This document shows, in pieces, positions 1 to 8,842 of a stretch of DNA of 64,000 nt; position 1 is the stretch's first letter, and every line of letters starts with the position of its first letter. Both the position numbers and the translations under genes were made by a program. Under the pieces are notes generated by a model. That model saw only the letters and a program-made list of their open reading frames with translations, was not told the DNA's origin and ran no database searches. This stretch comes from Candidatus Omnitrophota bacterium (lineage in GTDB: Bacteria > Omnitrophota > Gorgyraeia > Gygaellales > Profunditerraquicolaceae). Location of the stretch: contig JBDRLC010000017.1 of assembly GCA_043813305.1 (NCBI GenBank), forward strand, positions 85 through 64,084. Reading direction: 5' to 3'.

Positions 1-31
1 GTCAACCCTGAGCGGAGTCGAATGGGTTGGC
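1..31. repeat. REP-like hairpin CAACCC-TGAGCGgagtCGAA-tGGGTTG
   Basis: A 6-7 bp stem encloses a TGAGCG-N4-CGAA loop. The same loop consensus recurs at 47744-47765 and 47777-47797. An inverted CGCTCAGG copy lies at 92-99. Confidence 0.45.
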
Positions 32-99
32 TAAAATCTCCATTCGCTCTAAAGACCAACAGGTTCGTTTGTTATGGATAGCTAAGTTTCTCGCTCAGG

Positions 100-400
100 A
101 TAAATCTTCTCATTGAAAGGGGCTTTTGCGGTTTTGCTGAAGCGCACATTAGGATTTTTTCGGCAGATGTGTGTAAGCCTACCTGCCCTGACTGCCGTCA
201 GGCAGGCGGCAGGCAGGGAATTACGGCGAACGGAGGAACTCTATACTGTAAACCTCTCCGGGAGAGAGCCGTAAACCCCGTAGCTGCTTGCAGCTACGGG
301 GTAAACCGCAGCACACGGCGAAAAAAGACAGTGCGCGGAAGCGAAACCGTGAAAGACCATTTGTGGGCAATGAAGGTAAAAAGTTTTGCGTTAGAAATAC
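100..400 (+). ncRNA. unassigned GC-rich structured non-coding region (candidate ncRNA, identity unknown)
   Basis: 470 nt without a credible ORF in an otherwise tightly packed window. The core (about 160-350) is visibly more GC-rich than its surroundings. Nested palindromes are CCTGCC..GGCAGG (182-218), CTCTCC-GG-GAGAG (253-266) and CCCCGTAGCTGC-TTG-CAGCTACGGGG (276-301). GTAAACC is repeated three times (248, 271, 301). Confidence 0.3.
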
Positions 401-444
401 CTTAAGGGTACGTCTATTATATTAGAGAGATAAATAATATTCGT

Positions 445-473
445 TTGACAGATGTAAGTTGCTGGAGTATAAT
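445..473 (+). promoter_or_regulatory. sigma70-type promoter for recA
   Basis: TTGACA (445-450), a 17-nt spacer and TATAAT (468-473); both hexamers match consensus perfectly. Confidence 0.7.
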
Positions 474-514
474 TGTTTGTCTTAATCCAGCAAAAATTAA
501 AATTGGAGGTCATT

Positions 515-1540
515 ATGGCAGTGGAGAAGAAAGTTAAGCATGAATCGCAGGATATTTCTAACCGCAAAAAGGCCCTGGAGCTTGCACTATTGCAGATAGA
601 GAAACAGTTTGGAAAAGGATCAATTATGAAATTAGGTTCGACGATTAAGGCGGATGTGGAAGCTATCCATACAGGTGCGCTTACTCTGGATATAGCTTTA
701 GGGGTCGGAGGAATACCTCGCGGTAGGGTTATTGAGATCTTCGGGCCAGAGGCATCGGGTAAGACCACTATAACATTAAGTGCAATAAAAGAGATCCAGA
801 AGAAAGGTGGTGTAGCTGCTTTTATTGATGCAGAACACGCTTTTGATTCCTCTTACGCGAAGATCATTGGAGTAAATCTGGATGAACTTTTAATTTCTCA
901 ACCTGATACCGGAGAGCAGGCATTAGAAATAGCCGAAACACTAGTGCGTTCTAACGCGGTAGATCTTGTAGTAATTGATTCTGTGGCTGCACTTACTCCT
1001 CGGGCAGAAATTGAAGGAGAGATGGGTGATTCCCACATTGGGCTGCAGGCGCGGCTTATGTCACAGGCATTGCGTAAGCTGACCGGAGCAATCAGTAAAT
1101 CCCGTACTTGCGTTATCTTTATCAATCAGATCCGGATGAAGATCGGTGTAATGTTTGGTTCGCCTGAAACCACCCCCGGCGGAAGGGCTTTAAAGTTTTA
1201 TGCTTCGGTAAGATTAGATGTAAGAAGGATTGCTTCGATAAAATCAGGAGATAGTGTTATCGGCAGCAGAGTAAGGGTGAGGGTAGTGAAAAACAAAGTC
1301 GCACCACCATTTCGTGAGGCGGAATTCGAGATCCTGCATGACGAAGGTATCTCTAAGGCAGGAGCGATTCTGGATGCAGGGATAAAATTCGAGATAATCA
1401 GCAAATCCGGAACCTGGCTATCTTATCAAGAACAGAAACTTGGGCAGGGCCGGGACGCAGCAATAAAGCTATTAAAAGAACAACCAAAGCTACAGGGTGA
1501 GATAGAAACAGAGGCGAGAAAACAGATTCAATTAAGTTAA
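515..1540 (+). CDS. recA: recombinase RecA
   Basis: ORF 473..1540 has a full-length RecA pattern (GPEASGKTT Walker [39 protein letters not shown]). The start is moved to ATG 515 because GGAGG lies 6 nt upstream and ATG 473 overlaps the -10 box. Confidence 0.97.
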   Translation: MAVEKKVKHESQDISNRKKALELALLQIEKQFGKGSIMKLGSTIKADVEAIHTGALTLDIALGVGGIPRGRVIEIFGPEASGKTTITLSAIKEIQKKGGVAAFIDAEHAFDSSYAKIIGVNLDELLISQPDTGEQALEIAETLVRSNAVDLVVIDSVAALTPRAEIEGEMGDSHIGLQARLMSQALRKLTGAISKSRTCVIFINQIRMKIGVMFGSPETTPGGRALKFYASVRLDVRRIASIKSGDSVIGSRVRVRVVKNKVAPPFREAEFEILHDEGISKAGAILDAGIKFEIISKSGTWLSYQEQKLGQGRDAAIKLLKEQPKLQGEIETEARKQIQLS

Positions 1541-1561
1541 TTTTATGGAGGTGTATTTGAA

Positions 1562-3055
1562 ATGAAAAGAAAGTCGATATTTTTTGGGGCAGCGTTATTG
1601 ATTGGTTTGATTATCGGCCTATTGGTCGCGGTAAAATTGGATATTTCTCCAACTGTAGAGAGTAAAGATTTAGAACCGAAACCAATCATTACAAAAAGTT
1701 CTGGTATGGAGTATGCGGTAACTAACGTAGCCAATACTACCGGAAAGGCAGTGGTTTCTATAAGCACGGAATATACCACTAAGATTGGAGGCAGAAGGCG
1801 GTATTTCGCAACTCCGTTTGGCAGTTCTCCGTTTCTAAAAGAGGATGATATCTTTCATGATTTCTTTGATGATTTCTTCGGAGAGATTCCTGACAGGGAA
1901 TATAAGCAGACCGGATTAGGTTCTGGAGTGATCATTGATACGGAAGGTTATATTCTAACTAATGAGCATGTAGTCGGCGGCGCGGATAAGATTACAGTGA
2001 CTCTCCCGGATGGAAGAGAACTAAAGGGAGAGATTAAAGGCAAGGATATACGTTCAGACCTGGCAGTGATAAAAATAAACGCAAATGACCTGCCCGTAGC
2101 TAAACTCGGTGATTCTAATCAAATAATGATCGGAGAGTGGGTAGTTGCTATCGGAAATCCTTTTGGATTTGCTTTGCAGAATCCAGAACCAACTGTAACC
2201 GTAGGGGTAGTCAGTGCCCTACATAGGACATTAGGCAGGATGGCAGGAGATAAAGACTTCGGCGATTTAATCCAGACTGATGCTGCGATAAACCCAGGAA
2301 ATTCAGGAGGGCCTTTAGTCAACCTGAGAGGCGAGATAGTAGGGATTAATGTTGCGATATTCTCAACCACCGGAGGGTATCAAGGCGTCGGTTTTGCCAT
2401 TCCGATTAATAATGCCAAGAGGATACTTTCCCGGCTGATAGAAGGAAAGAAAATTCTCTATGGTTGGTTGGGAATTACTATCCAGGATTTAACTGATGAA
2501 TTGGCGGAGTATTTCGCCCTGGCTGATAAGAATGGGGTTTTAGTGGCTAAAGTCCTGGGTGATAGTCCGGCTGAAAAAGGAGGAATGAAAGAGGGAGATA
2601 TTATAAAACAGTTTGGCGGTAAGGATGTGAATAATGTTAGGCAATTACTGAGCGCTGTTGCCGCAGCCCAAGTAGGCAATAAGGCAGAGGTTTTAGTCGT
2701 ACGTGATAACAAGAATCTGAATCTGAATATAGTTATCGGGGAGAGACCGGAGGATACGGAGAATCTTGCGGGCCTTACTGGAGAGAGTGCTACCTGGAGG
2801 GGGCTTGAGGTTGAAGATATTACCCCACAGAATTCGCGTAGATATAAGATCCAGGAAAAGCAAGGTGTAGTGGTAGTAAATGTTGAACCGAAAAGCCCGG
2901 CAGATGATGCTAAGTTAGTCTTAGGCGACTTGATCATGGCGATAAATAGAAAACCGGTGAATAACCTTTCTGATTATCAAAGTTTGACTTCGAAAATTAA
3001 AGGGGGCGCTTTAATCCGGACTTCACGCGGATACTTTTTGCTAAAAAGTGATTAA
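1562..3055 (+). CDS. htrA: HtrA/DegP-family periplasmic serine protease with PDZ domains
   Basis: N-terminal TM segment; trypsin-like triad context (TNEHVV, DLAVIKI, GNSGGPL); two C-terminal PDZ-like segments. Confidence 0.9.
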   Translation: MKRKSIFFGAALLIGLIIGLLVAVKLDISPTVESKDLEPKPIITKSSGMEYAVTNVANTTGKAVVSISTEYTTKIGGRRRYFATPFGSSPFLKEDDIFHDFFDDFFGEIPDREYKQTGLGSGVIIDTEGYILTNEHVVGGADKITVTLPDGRELKGEIKGKDIRSDLAVIKINANDLPVAKLGDSNQIMIGEWVVAIGNPFGFALQNPEPTVTVGVVSALHRTLGRMAGDKDFGDLIQTDAAINPGNSGGPLVNLRGEIVGINVAIFSTTGGYQGVGFAIPINNAKRILSRLIEGKKILYGWLGITIQDLTDELAEYFALADKNGVLVAKVLGDSPAEKGGMKEGDIIKQFGGKDVNNVRQLLSAVAAAQVGNKAEVLVVRDNKNLNLNIVIGERPEDTENLAGLTGESATWRGLEVEDITPQNSRRYKIQEKQGVVVVNVEPKSPADDAKLVLGDLIMAINRKPVNNLSDYQSLTSKIKGGALIRTSRGYFLLKSD

Positions 3056-3527
3056 CAAAGGAGATCCTTTTCAAAAAGCAAAAGATTATGCTTTTTTGCT
3101 GCTCAAGTTCAGGCTGCGCAGCGAGAGAGAGTTAATTCAGCGGCTGAAAATAAAGAAATTTGACGAAACAGTAATCAGAAGTGTAGTTGAGTTTCTCAAA
3201 GATAAAAGGTTTATTGATGACGCTCTTTTTGCTAAAAATTGGGTGAAGTCTCGGATAGAAAAGCCCCTGGGTTTAAGCCGCATAAGAAGAGAACTCCTAA
3301 TAAAAGGCATAGCAAAAGAGATCATTGACCAAGAACTAGAGAACATAAAGAAAAGATACTCTGAAGAAGAAATCATCCTAAGTATTGCTAAAGAAAGATT
3401 GAGAAGATTAAGCAGTATTGATCCCCAAAAGGCGAGAAAACGCATATATGCATATCTCCTGCGCCGCGGTTTCTCCATGGATTTAGTATGTGATACGATA
3501 AATCAGTTATGCAAGCGCAAATTTTAA
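3048..3527 (+). CDS. recX: RecX regulatory protein
   Basis: 159-aa helical repeat protein with a RecX-like pattern (ALRLL..RSE.EL...L). GTG start overlaps the htrA stop. The recA..recX-alaS neighbourhood is classical. Confidence 0.8.
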   Translation: MINKGDPFQKAKDYAFLLLKFRLRSERELIQRLKIKKFDETVIRSVVEFLKDKRFIDDALFAKNWVKSRIEKPLGLSRIRRELLIKGIAKEIIDQELENIKKRYSEEEIILSIAKERLRRLSSIDPQKARKRIYAYLLRRGFSMDLVCDTINQLCKRKF

Positions 3528-6136
3528 GAAAAAAATTCTTAGATTTTTTTAAGAGCAAAAAACATAAACTTCCTGAACCTGATTCTTTAGTCCCTAAGGA
3601 GGATGCCACGGTTTTATTTACACCTGCCGGGATGAACCAATTCAAGAAAGAATTCCTCGGCTTTGATTCTGGTTTTACGCGTGTTGCTACCTGTCAGAGA
3701 TGCTTAAGAACGGATGATTTAGACAAAGTAGGTAAAACCTCCGGGCACCATACCTTTTTTGAGATGCTGGGGAATTTTTCCTTTGGCGATTACTTTAAAG
3801 AAGATGCAATTAGTTATGCCTGGGAGTTTTTGACTGATGTACTCAAAGTGCACAAGGAAAGACTTTGGATTTCGGTCTATAAAGAAGATAGCGAAGCTTA
3901 TAAGATTTGGAAGGACTCAGTTGGAGTACCCGATACCAGGATTATAAAATTAGGGGATAAAGAAAATTTCTGGCCCTCTGAAGCAAAGAGTAAAGGACCT
4001 AACGGCCCTTGCGGCCCATGCTCTGAGATATTTTTTGATCAAGGGAAAAAGGTGGGTTGCAGGAAGGCTGCTTGTAATCCCAACTGCGATTGCGATAGAT
4101 TCATTGAAGTATGGAATCTGGTTTTTACTCAATTTAATCGCAAAGAGGGCGGTAAAATCGAGCCTTTACCTAAAAAAAATATCGATACCGGGATGGGGTT
4201 AGAAAGATTAGCTGCGGTTATGCAAGGCGTCTTGAGTAATTTTGAGACTGACCTTTTTAAGCCTATAGTTAAAGAGATTGCCTCAGAGTGTCAGAGTGTC
4301 AAGGTGTCAAAAAATCTAGGGTTAGTTTACGCAGTAGCTGATCATCTGCGTGCTGTAACTTTTAGCATCTTTGACGGAGTGCTTCCTTCTAATGAAGCGC
4401 GCGGTTATGTTATCAGGAAATTAATCAGGAAGAGTGTCCTGCATCTTAAAGAACTTGGCGTAGCAGCTCCTTTTTTATATAAGTTAGTACCGGTTTTATC
4501 CGAAGGGATGCTGTCTTTTTATCCGGGATTAAGTGCCCGCAGGGAGAATATAGCAGAGATTATCTTATCTGAAGAAAATAGCTTCATTGCTACCTTGAAT
4601 TCAAGTGAGGCGCTCTTTATTGAAAAGTTTCGGGTCTCATCGGGCAGAAAGTTAGGCGCAGAAGAAACAGGTCGAATTGCTTTCCAGCTATACGATACCC
4701 ATGGAGTCCCCTGGGAATTAACCAATAACTGGGCGAAGAAGCACGGATTGAAGATTTCAGAGGTGATTTATAAGCAGGAGCTAGAAAAACAGAAAGAGCG
4801 CTCAAAATTACAGACTTCAATGAAAGGAGATGTTTTTATTCAGGGTGCTTTTGATTTTAAGGTAAAAGCGACGAAGTTTTCGGGTTATGAGGATGTTTCC
4901 ACGGAAGCAAAAATCTTAAAGATTATAAAAGATAAATCGCAGGTTAATCAGATTGGTAAAGGAGAGAGCGGGATTATTCTTCTTGATAAATCCGTTTTTT
5001 ACCCTGAATCTGGAGGGCAGGTTGGTGATAGCGGAGAAATATTCAAGGGAAAAAATATTTTTGAAGTTAAAGATACTCAAATAGCAGATAAGGTAATCTT
5101 ACATCTCGGCGAGGTGAAGGAGGGTAATTTTAAAGTTGGCCAGAGCGTAAACGCAAAGATAGACTTAGAGCGCAGATTATCGATCGCGCGGAATCACACC
5201 GCTACACATCTACTGCAGGCAGCTTTAAGAAAGGTTTTAGGAAGCCACGTTCAACAGCAGGGTTCTTTAGTGGCGCATGACCGCTTGAGATTCGATTTTA
5301 CGCATTTTAAAGAAATAGATGATACGCTAATAAATCGGATAGAAGAGGTGGTAAACGGGTATATCCTGAATAATCACGGGTTAGAAAAAAAACAAATGGA
5401 GTTGAAAGCTGCTAAAAAATCTGGGGCACTTGCTTTTTTCGGTGAGAAATACGAAGAGAAGGTACGGGTCGTATCGATTGGAGATTTTTCTAAGGAATTA
5501 TGCGGTGGTATACATCTTTGCAACACAGGCGAAATCGGATTATTCAAAATCGTTCAGGAGGGATCAGTAGCAAGCGGCATAAGAAGAATCGAAGCTACCA
5601 CCGGAAGCTATGCCTATAATCTGATAAAAAAGGACGAGCAATTAATAAAGGAAGTCTCGCAAATATTAAAAGTGAATAAAGAAAGTATCCCCGAGATTCT
5701 GCGTAACAATCTCGGGAGACTGAAGGTTCTGGAAAAATCAATACAAACACAGAAAATGGAGAGCTTAAAGGAATCTATCGATTCCTGGATTGATCAGGCC
5801 GAAGTTATAAACGGCATTAAGATAATCACAAAGGTAATAGATAATTTAGATATGCAATTACTAAGGCAAACTGTAGATTCAATTAAAGCAAAGGTTAAAA
5901 GTTCTGTAATTCTCTTGGGCTCTGCTTCCGGCAATAAGGCATTGTTAGTCATGGGTATTAGCAAGGATTTATGTGAGAAAGGATTGGATGCTGTAAAGTT
6001 AATCAGAAATATATCCGGCATTATCGACGGGAGCGGAGGAGGGAGAGAAGACTTTGCCCAGGCAGGAGGAACTGATCCCGATAAGTTTAACGAAGCTTTT
6101 AATCAATTAAAGGAGTTAATCAAAGGACGAGGATGA
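3509..6136 (+). CDS. alaS: alanine--tRNA ligase
   Basis: 875 aa with class II AlaRS motifs (FTPAGMNQFK, HHTFFEMLGNFSFGDYFK, NHTATHLL, GGTH-like editing domain, C-terminal DHHA1-like tail). Confidence 0.97.
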   Translation: MQAQILRKKFLDFFKSKKHKLPEPDSLVPKEDATVLFTPAGMNQFKKEFLGFDSGFTRVATCQRCLRTDDLDKVGKTSGHHTFFEMLGNFSFGDYFKEDAISYAWEFLTDVLKVHKERLWISVYKEDSEAYKIWKDSVGVPDTRIIKLGDKENFWPSEAKSKGPNGPCGPCSEIFFDQGKKVGCRKAACNPNCDCDRFIEVWNLVFTQFNRKEGGKIEPLPKKNIDTGMGLERLAAVMQGVLSNFETDLFKPIVKEIASECQSVKVSKNLGLVYAVADHLRAVTFSIFDGVLPSNEARGYVIRKLIRKSVLHLKELGVAAPFLYKLVPVLSEGMLSFYPGLSARRENIAEIILSEENSFIATLNSSEALFIEKFRVSSGRKLGAEETGRIAFQLYDTHGVPWELTNNWAKKHGLKISEVIYKQELEKQKERSKLQTSMKGDVFIQGAFDFKVKATKFSGYEDVSTEAKILKIIKDKSQVNQIGKGESGIILLDKSVFYPESGGQVGDSGEIFKGKNIFEVKDTQIADKVILHLGEVKEGNFKVGQSVNAKIDLERRLSIARNHTATHLLQAALRKVLGSHVQQQGSLVAHDRLRFDFTHFKEIDDTLINRIEEVVNGYILNNHGLEKKQMELKAAKKSGALAFFGEKYEEKVRVVSIGDFSKELCGGIHLCNTGEIGLFKIVQEGSVASGIRRIEATTGSYAYNLIKKDEQLIKEVSQILKVNKESIPEILRNNLGRLKVLEKSIQTQKMESLKESIDSWIDQAEVINGIKIITKVIDNLDMQLLRQTVDSIKAKVKSSVILLGSASGNKALLVMGISKDLCEKGLDAVKLIRNISGIIDGSGGGREDFAQAGGTDPDKFNEAFNQLKELIKGRG

Positions 6137-6235
6137 ATCCCGTTAGAAATTGTATTCTAGCGGGATCCGAAGGAGATTTCTAACGGGTGAATCCCGTTAG
6201 AAATTTGTGATAAATAAAGGAGTATTTCTAACGAG
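6134..6235 (+). repeat. two tandem stop-to-start hairpin cassettes (TGAATCCCGTTAGAAAT ... AAGGAG-ATTTCTAACGrG)
   Basis: Unit 1 is 6134-6187, with stem 6139-6150/6176-6187 (12 bp). Unit 2 is 6188-6235, with stem 6193-6204/6224-6235 (11/12 bp). An AAGGAG sits in each loop directly 5' of the 3' arm. The array starts on the alaS TGA and ends at the hisD ATG. Confidence 0.8.
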
Positions 6236-7465
6236 ATGAAAATCATACGTTTTACTAATAAACAATTAGAGAAGATTTATAACCGCGGCTACATTAAACG
6301 TAACCGCCTAAGCGAACGGGTTCAAGAGATAATCGAAGATGTCCGTATTCTCGGAGATGATGCCTTAATCAAATATACTAAGAAATTCGATAAGGTAAAA
6401 TTATCTCCCCGGCAGCTTGCAGTACCCAAGATAGAGATCAGTGGCGCTTATCAAAATATCAGCCCGGATGTCGTCTCAAGCTTAAAGACGATCATAGAAA
6501 ATATAAACCGTTTCTACCGTAAGACGATCAGGAAAAGCTGGAAGATTAAAGACGAAGATGGAGTTATCCTCGGAGAAAAATACACTCCGATTGAAAAAGT
6601 CGGCGTATATATACCTGCCGGAACAGCACCTTTGGTCTCTACGGTTTATATGACCGTACTCCCGGCTAAGATTGCGGGAGTAAAAAAGATTGTCTTGATC
6701 AGCCCGCCGGATAAAAACGGATTTATCAACCCACATATCTTGGTAGTCGCGGATCTGCTTAAAGTCGACGAAGTTTATCGCGTAGGCGGAGCCCAAGGAA
6801 TAGCCGCTCTTGCCTACGGAACAAAGACTATCCCCAGGGTAGATAAGATCGTCGGTCCGGGAAATCTCTATGTCAGCGAAGCAAAAAGGCAGGTTTACGG
6901 CCAGGTGGGAATAGATATGATCGCCGGACCCACTGAACTAGTGATCATCGCTAATCGCTACAGTGACCCTAAATTCATCGTAGCTGACCTGCGCGCTCAG
7001 GGAGAGCACGCAAAAGGATTAGCGATATTGATCACAAATTCCAAGACATTGGCAAAAGAGGTAAAATCTCAGCTAGAGGGTAATAACGGTTTTATTGTAT
7101 TAACTAAAAATCTAACTCAAGCTGTTGAGATCGCGAATAAAATAGCTCCTGAGCACTTGGAGATTATGGTTAATAATCCGCGCAGGCTGCTTAAAGGGAT
7201 AAAGAACGCGGGAGCAATATTTTTAGGGCCATATAGTTCTGCTGCGGTAGGAGACTATGTGGCCGGGCCAAGTCACGTTTTACCGACTCAAGGTACTGCC
7301 AGGTTCTTCTCCGGGTTATCGGTATTTGATTTTGTGAAAAGCAGCCATATCATCAGTTACACTAAAAAAGCACTTGTGAGGATAAAAGAGCCGCTAGAGA
7401 AAATTGCCAGCATAGAAGGATTGAATAAGCATTTAGATTCTGTAGAGGCCAGGTTTCGCAGTTAA
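6236..7465 (+). CDS. hisD: histidinol dehydrogenase
   Basis: 409 aa with a HisD pattern (GGAQGIAALAYGT, VDKIVGPGNLYV, AGPTE, PEHLE, GDYVAGPSHVLPT). Confidence 0.95.
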   Translation: MKIIRFTNKQLEKIYNRGYIKRNRLSERVQEIIEDVRILGDDALIKYTKKFDKVKLSPRQLAVPKIEISGAYQNISPDVVSSLKTIIENINRFYRKTIRKSWKIKDEDGVILGEKYTPIEKVGVYIPAGTAPLVSTVYMTVLPAKIAGVKKIVLISPPDKNGFINPHILVVADLLKVDEVYRVGGAQGIAALAYGTKTIPRVDKIVGPGNLYVSEAKRQVYGQVGIDMIAGPTELVIIANRYSDPKFIVADLRAQGEHAKGLAILITNSKTLAKEVKSQLEGNNGFIVLTKNLTQAVEIANKIAPEHLEIMVNNPRRLLKGIKNAGAIFLGPYSSAAVGDYVAGPSHVLPTQGTARFFSGLSVFDFVKSSHIISYTKKALVRIKEPLEKIASIEGLNKHLDSVEARFRS

Positions 7466-7483
7466 TAGAAAGTGAGTGGATAG

Positions 7484-8089
7484 ATGAAAAAGCGTACTGC
7501 AGAAAAAAAGAGAGCAACAAAAGAAACCAATATAAAACTAAATTTAGTTATTGATGGAAGCGGCAAATCCAGTATAAATACAGGCATAGGTTTTTTGGAT
7601 CATATGCTGGAATTATTCGCATTTCACGGATTATTTGACTTAGAAATCGCGGCTACCGGAGATTTAAAGGTCGATATCCATCACACTAATGAAGATATCG
7701 GTATTGTATTAGGCGATGCATTTAAGGAGGCATTAGGAGACAAAATTGGGATAAAAAGATTCGGTTCTGCTTCGGTGCCAATGGAAGAGGTAGTTGCTAA
7801 TATAACTGTAGATATCAGCGGAAGAGGTTCCTTACAATTATCAGGGCCAAATGATTTTAAGCAGACAGACGATAAAGAGGGCTATGCATTAAACGACGCA
7901 GAGCATTTTTTTGAATCTTTTTCAAAAAGATTAGGTATGAACCTGAATATCACAGTGAATCCGGCAGGTAAAGATCTTCATACTACTTTAGAGCCGGTCT
8001 TTAAGGCTTTAGGCCTAGCAATGGATCAAGCCACGCAAATCGATCCGCGAAGGACCGGTATCCCTTCTACTAAAGGAATAATTGATTGA
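7484..8089 (+). CDS. hisB: imidazoleglycerol-phosphate dehydratase
   Basis: 201 aa with IGPD motifs (TGIGFLDHML, HHTNEDIGI, H..ES.FKA). Confidence 0.95.
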   Translation: MKKRTAEKKRATKETNIKLNLVIDGSGKSSINTGIGFLDHMLELFAFHGLFDLEIAATGDLKVDIHHTNEDIGIVLGDAFKEALGDKIGIKRFGSASVPMEEVVANITVDISGRGSLQLSGPNDFKQTDDKEGYALNDAEHFFESFSKRLGMNLNITVNPAGKDLHTTLEPVFKALGLAMDQATQIDPRRTGIPSTKGIID

Positions 8090-8699
8090 AATGATAGCAG
8101 TTATTGATTATGGTATGGGGAATATTCATAGTGTGAATAAAGCCCTGGGTCTTTACGGGGCTAAAACCATAGTCACTAATAAAGTGGAGGATATTAAATC
8201 AGCGCAAAAATTAGTTCTTCCCGGTGTAGGGGCATTTGATGATGCTAAGGGAGAATTGGAGAGGCGCGGATTGATAGATATTTTATTAGAGCAGGTTAGA
8301 AGCAAGAAGCCGTTTCTGGGAATATGCTTAGGGATGCAGCTGTTATTTGATCAGAGCGAAGAGGCTAAAACTTCTAAAGGGCTCGGGCTGATAAAGGGTA
8401 GTGTAAGAAAATTCGAAGCAAAAGCAGGCAGGAAAGTTCCTCATATGGGATGGAACCAGCTAAGCCATCTAAAGAAAGATTGCCCTTTATTAAGAGATGT
8501 TAAGGAAAATGCATATGTGTATTTTTGCCACTCTTATTACCCGGCTCCAAGTGAAAATAATCTAGTGGCAGCTACTACGGATTACGGAACTGACTTTGCC
8601 TCGTTGGTATGGAAGGAGAAACTATTCGGGGTTCAATTCCACCCTGAGAAGAGTCAAGCCGTAGGCCTTAAGATAATAGAAAACTTTGTTAAACTATAG
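8082..8699 (+). CDS. hisH: imidazole glycerol phosphate synthase, glutamine amidotransferase subunit
   Basis: Class I GATase pattern (LPGVGAF, GICLGMQLL, VQFHPEKS). Overlaps the hisB end. Confidence 0.95.
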   Translation: MIEMIAVIDYGMGNIHSVNKALGLYGAKTIVTNKVEDIKSAQKLVLPGVGAFDDAKGELERRGLIDILLEQVRSKKPFLGICLGMQLLFDQSEEAKTSKGLGLIKGSVRKFEAKAGRKVPHMGWNQLSHLKKDCPLLRDVKENAYVYFCHSYYPAPSENNLVAATTDYGTDFASLVWKEKLFGVQFHPEKSQAVGLKIIENFVKL

Positions 8700-8726
8700 A
8701 AACTGTTAGAGGTTTTGTCAATTAGG

Positions 8727-8832
8727 TCAGGGTTAAGGTTAGGAAGCCGGTTTGGTAGTTGGGTAAGGGTTAGGTCTAAATTCACCAACTACTTAACCTA
8801 ACAACCAAACTGGCATCCTTACCTAACTACTA
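8727..8832 (+). other. long imperfect RNA hairpin between hisH and hisA
   Basis: The G/T-only 5' arm (8731-8775) pairs with the C/A-only 3' arm (8784-8828), for example 8747-8756 with 8804-8813 and 8758-8764 with 8796-8802. Several pairs are G.U, so the fold only works in the + sense transcript. Confidence 0.55.
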
Positions 8833-8842
8833 GTATTTACAA

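Noticed and set aside
100-400. RNase P RNA (rnpB) on the + strand, suggested by GAAAGGGG..GCGGT..AAGCGCAC (115-146) and GTAAACCTCTCCGGGAGAGAG (248-268)
   Set aside because: I cannot find the universally conserved P4 strands (GAGGAAAGUCC and ACAGAA.CCGGCUUA) or the AGAUGAAUG block in the right order. The similarity is limited to short strings. It is kept only as an unassigned structured region; an Infernal scan that includes upstream sequence would settle it.
169-405. 78-aa + strand ORF (MCKPTCPDCRQAGGRQG...)
   Set aside because: It reads through GC palindromes, has a low-complexity composition typical of translated hairpins, has no SD, and has no family resemblance.
6134-6235. Cassette hairpins acting as rho-independent terminators after alaS (and after pilT at 54005-54076)
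   Set aside because: No U-tract follows any of the three stems. Each is followed directly by another unit or by a start codon, and each carries an SD in its loop.
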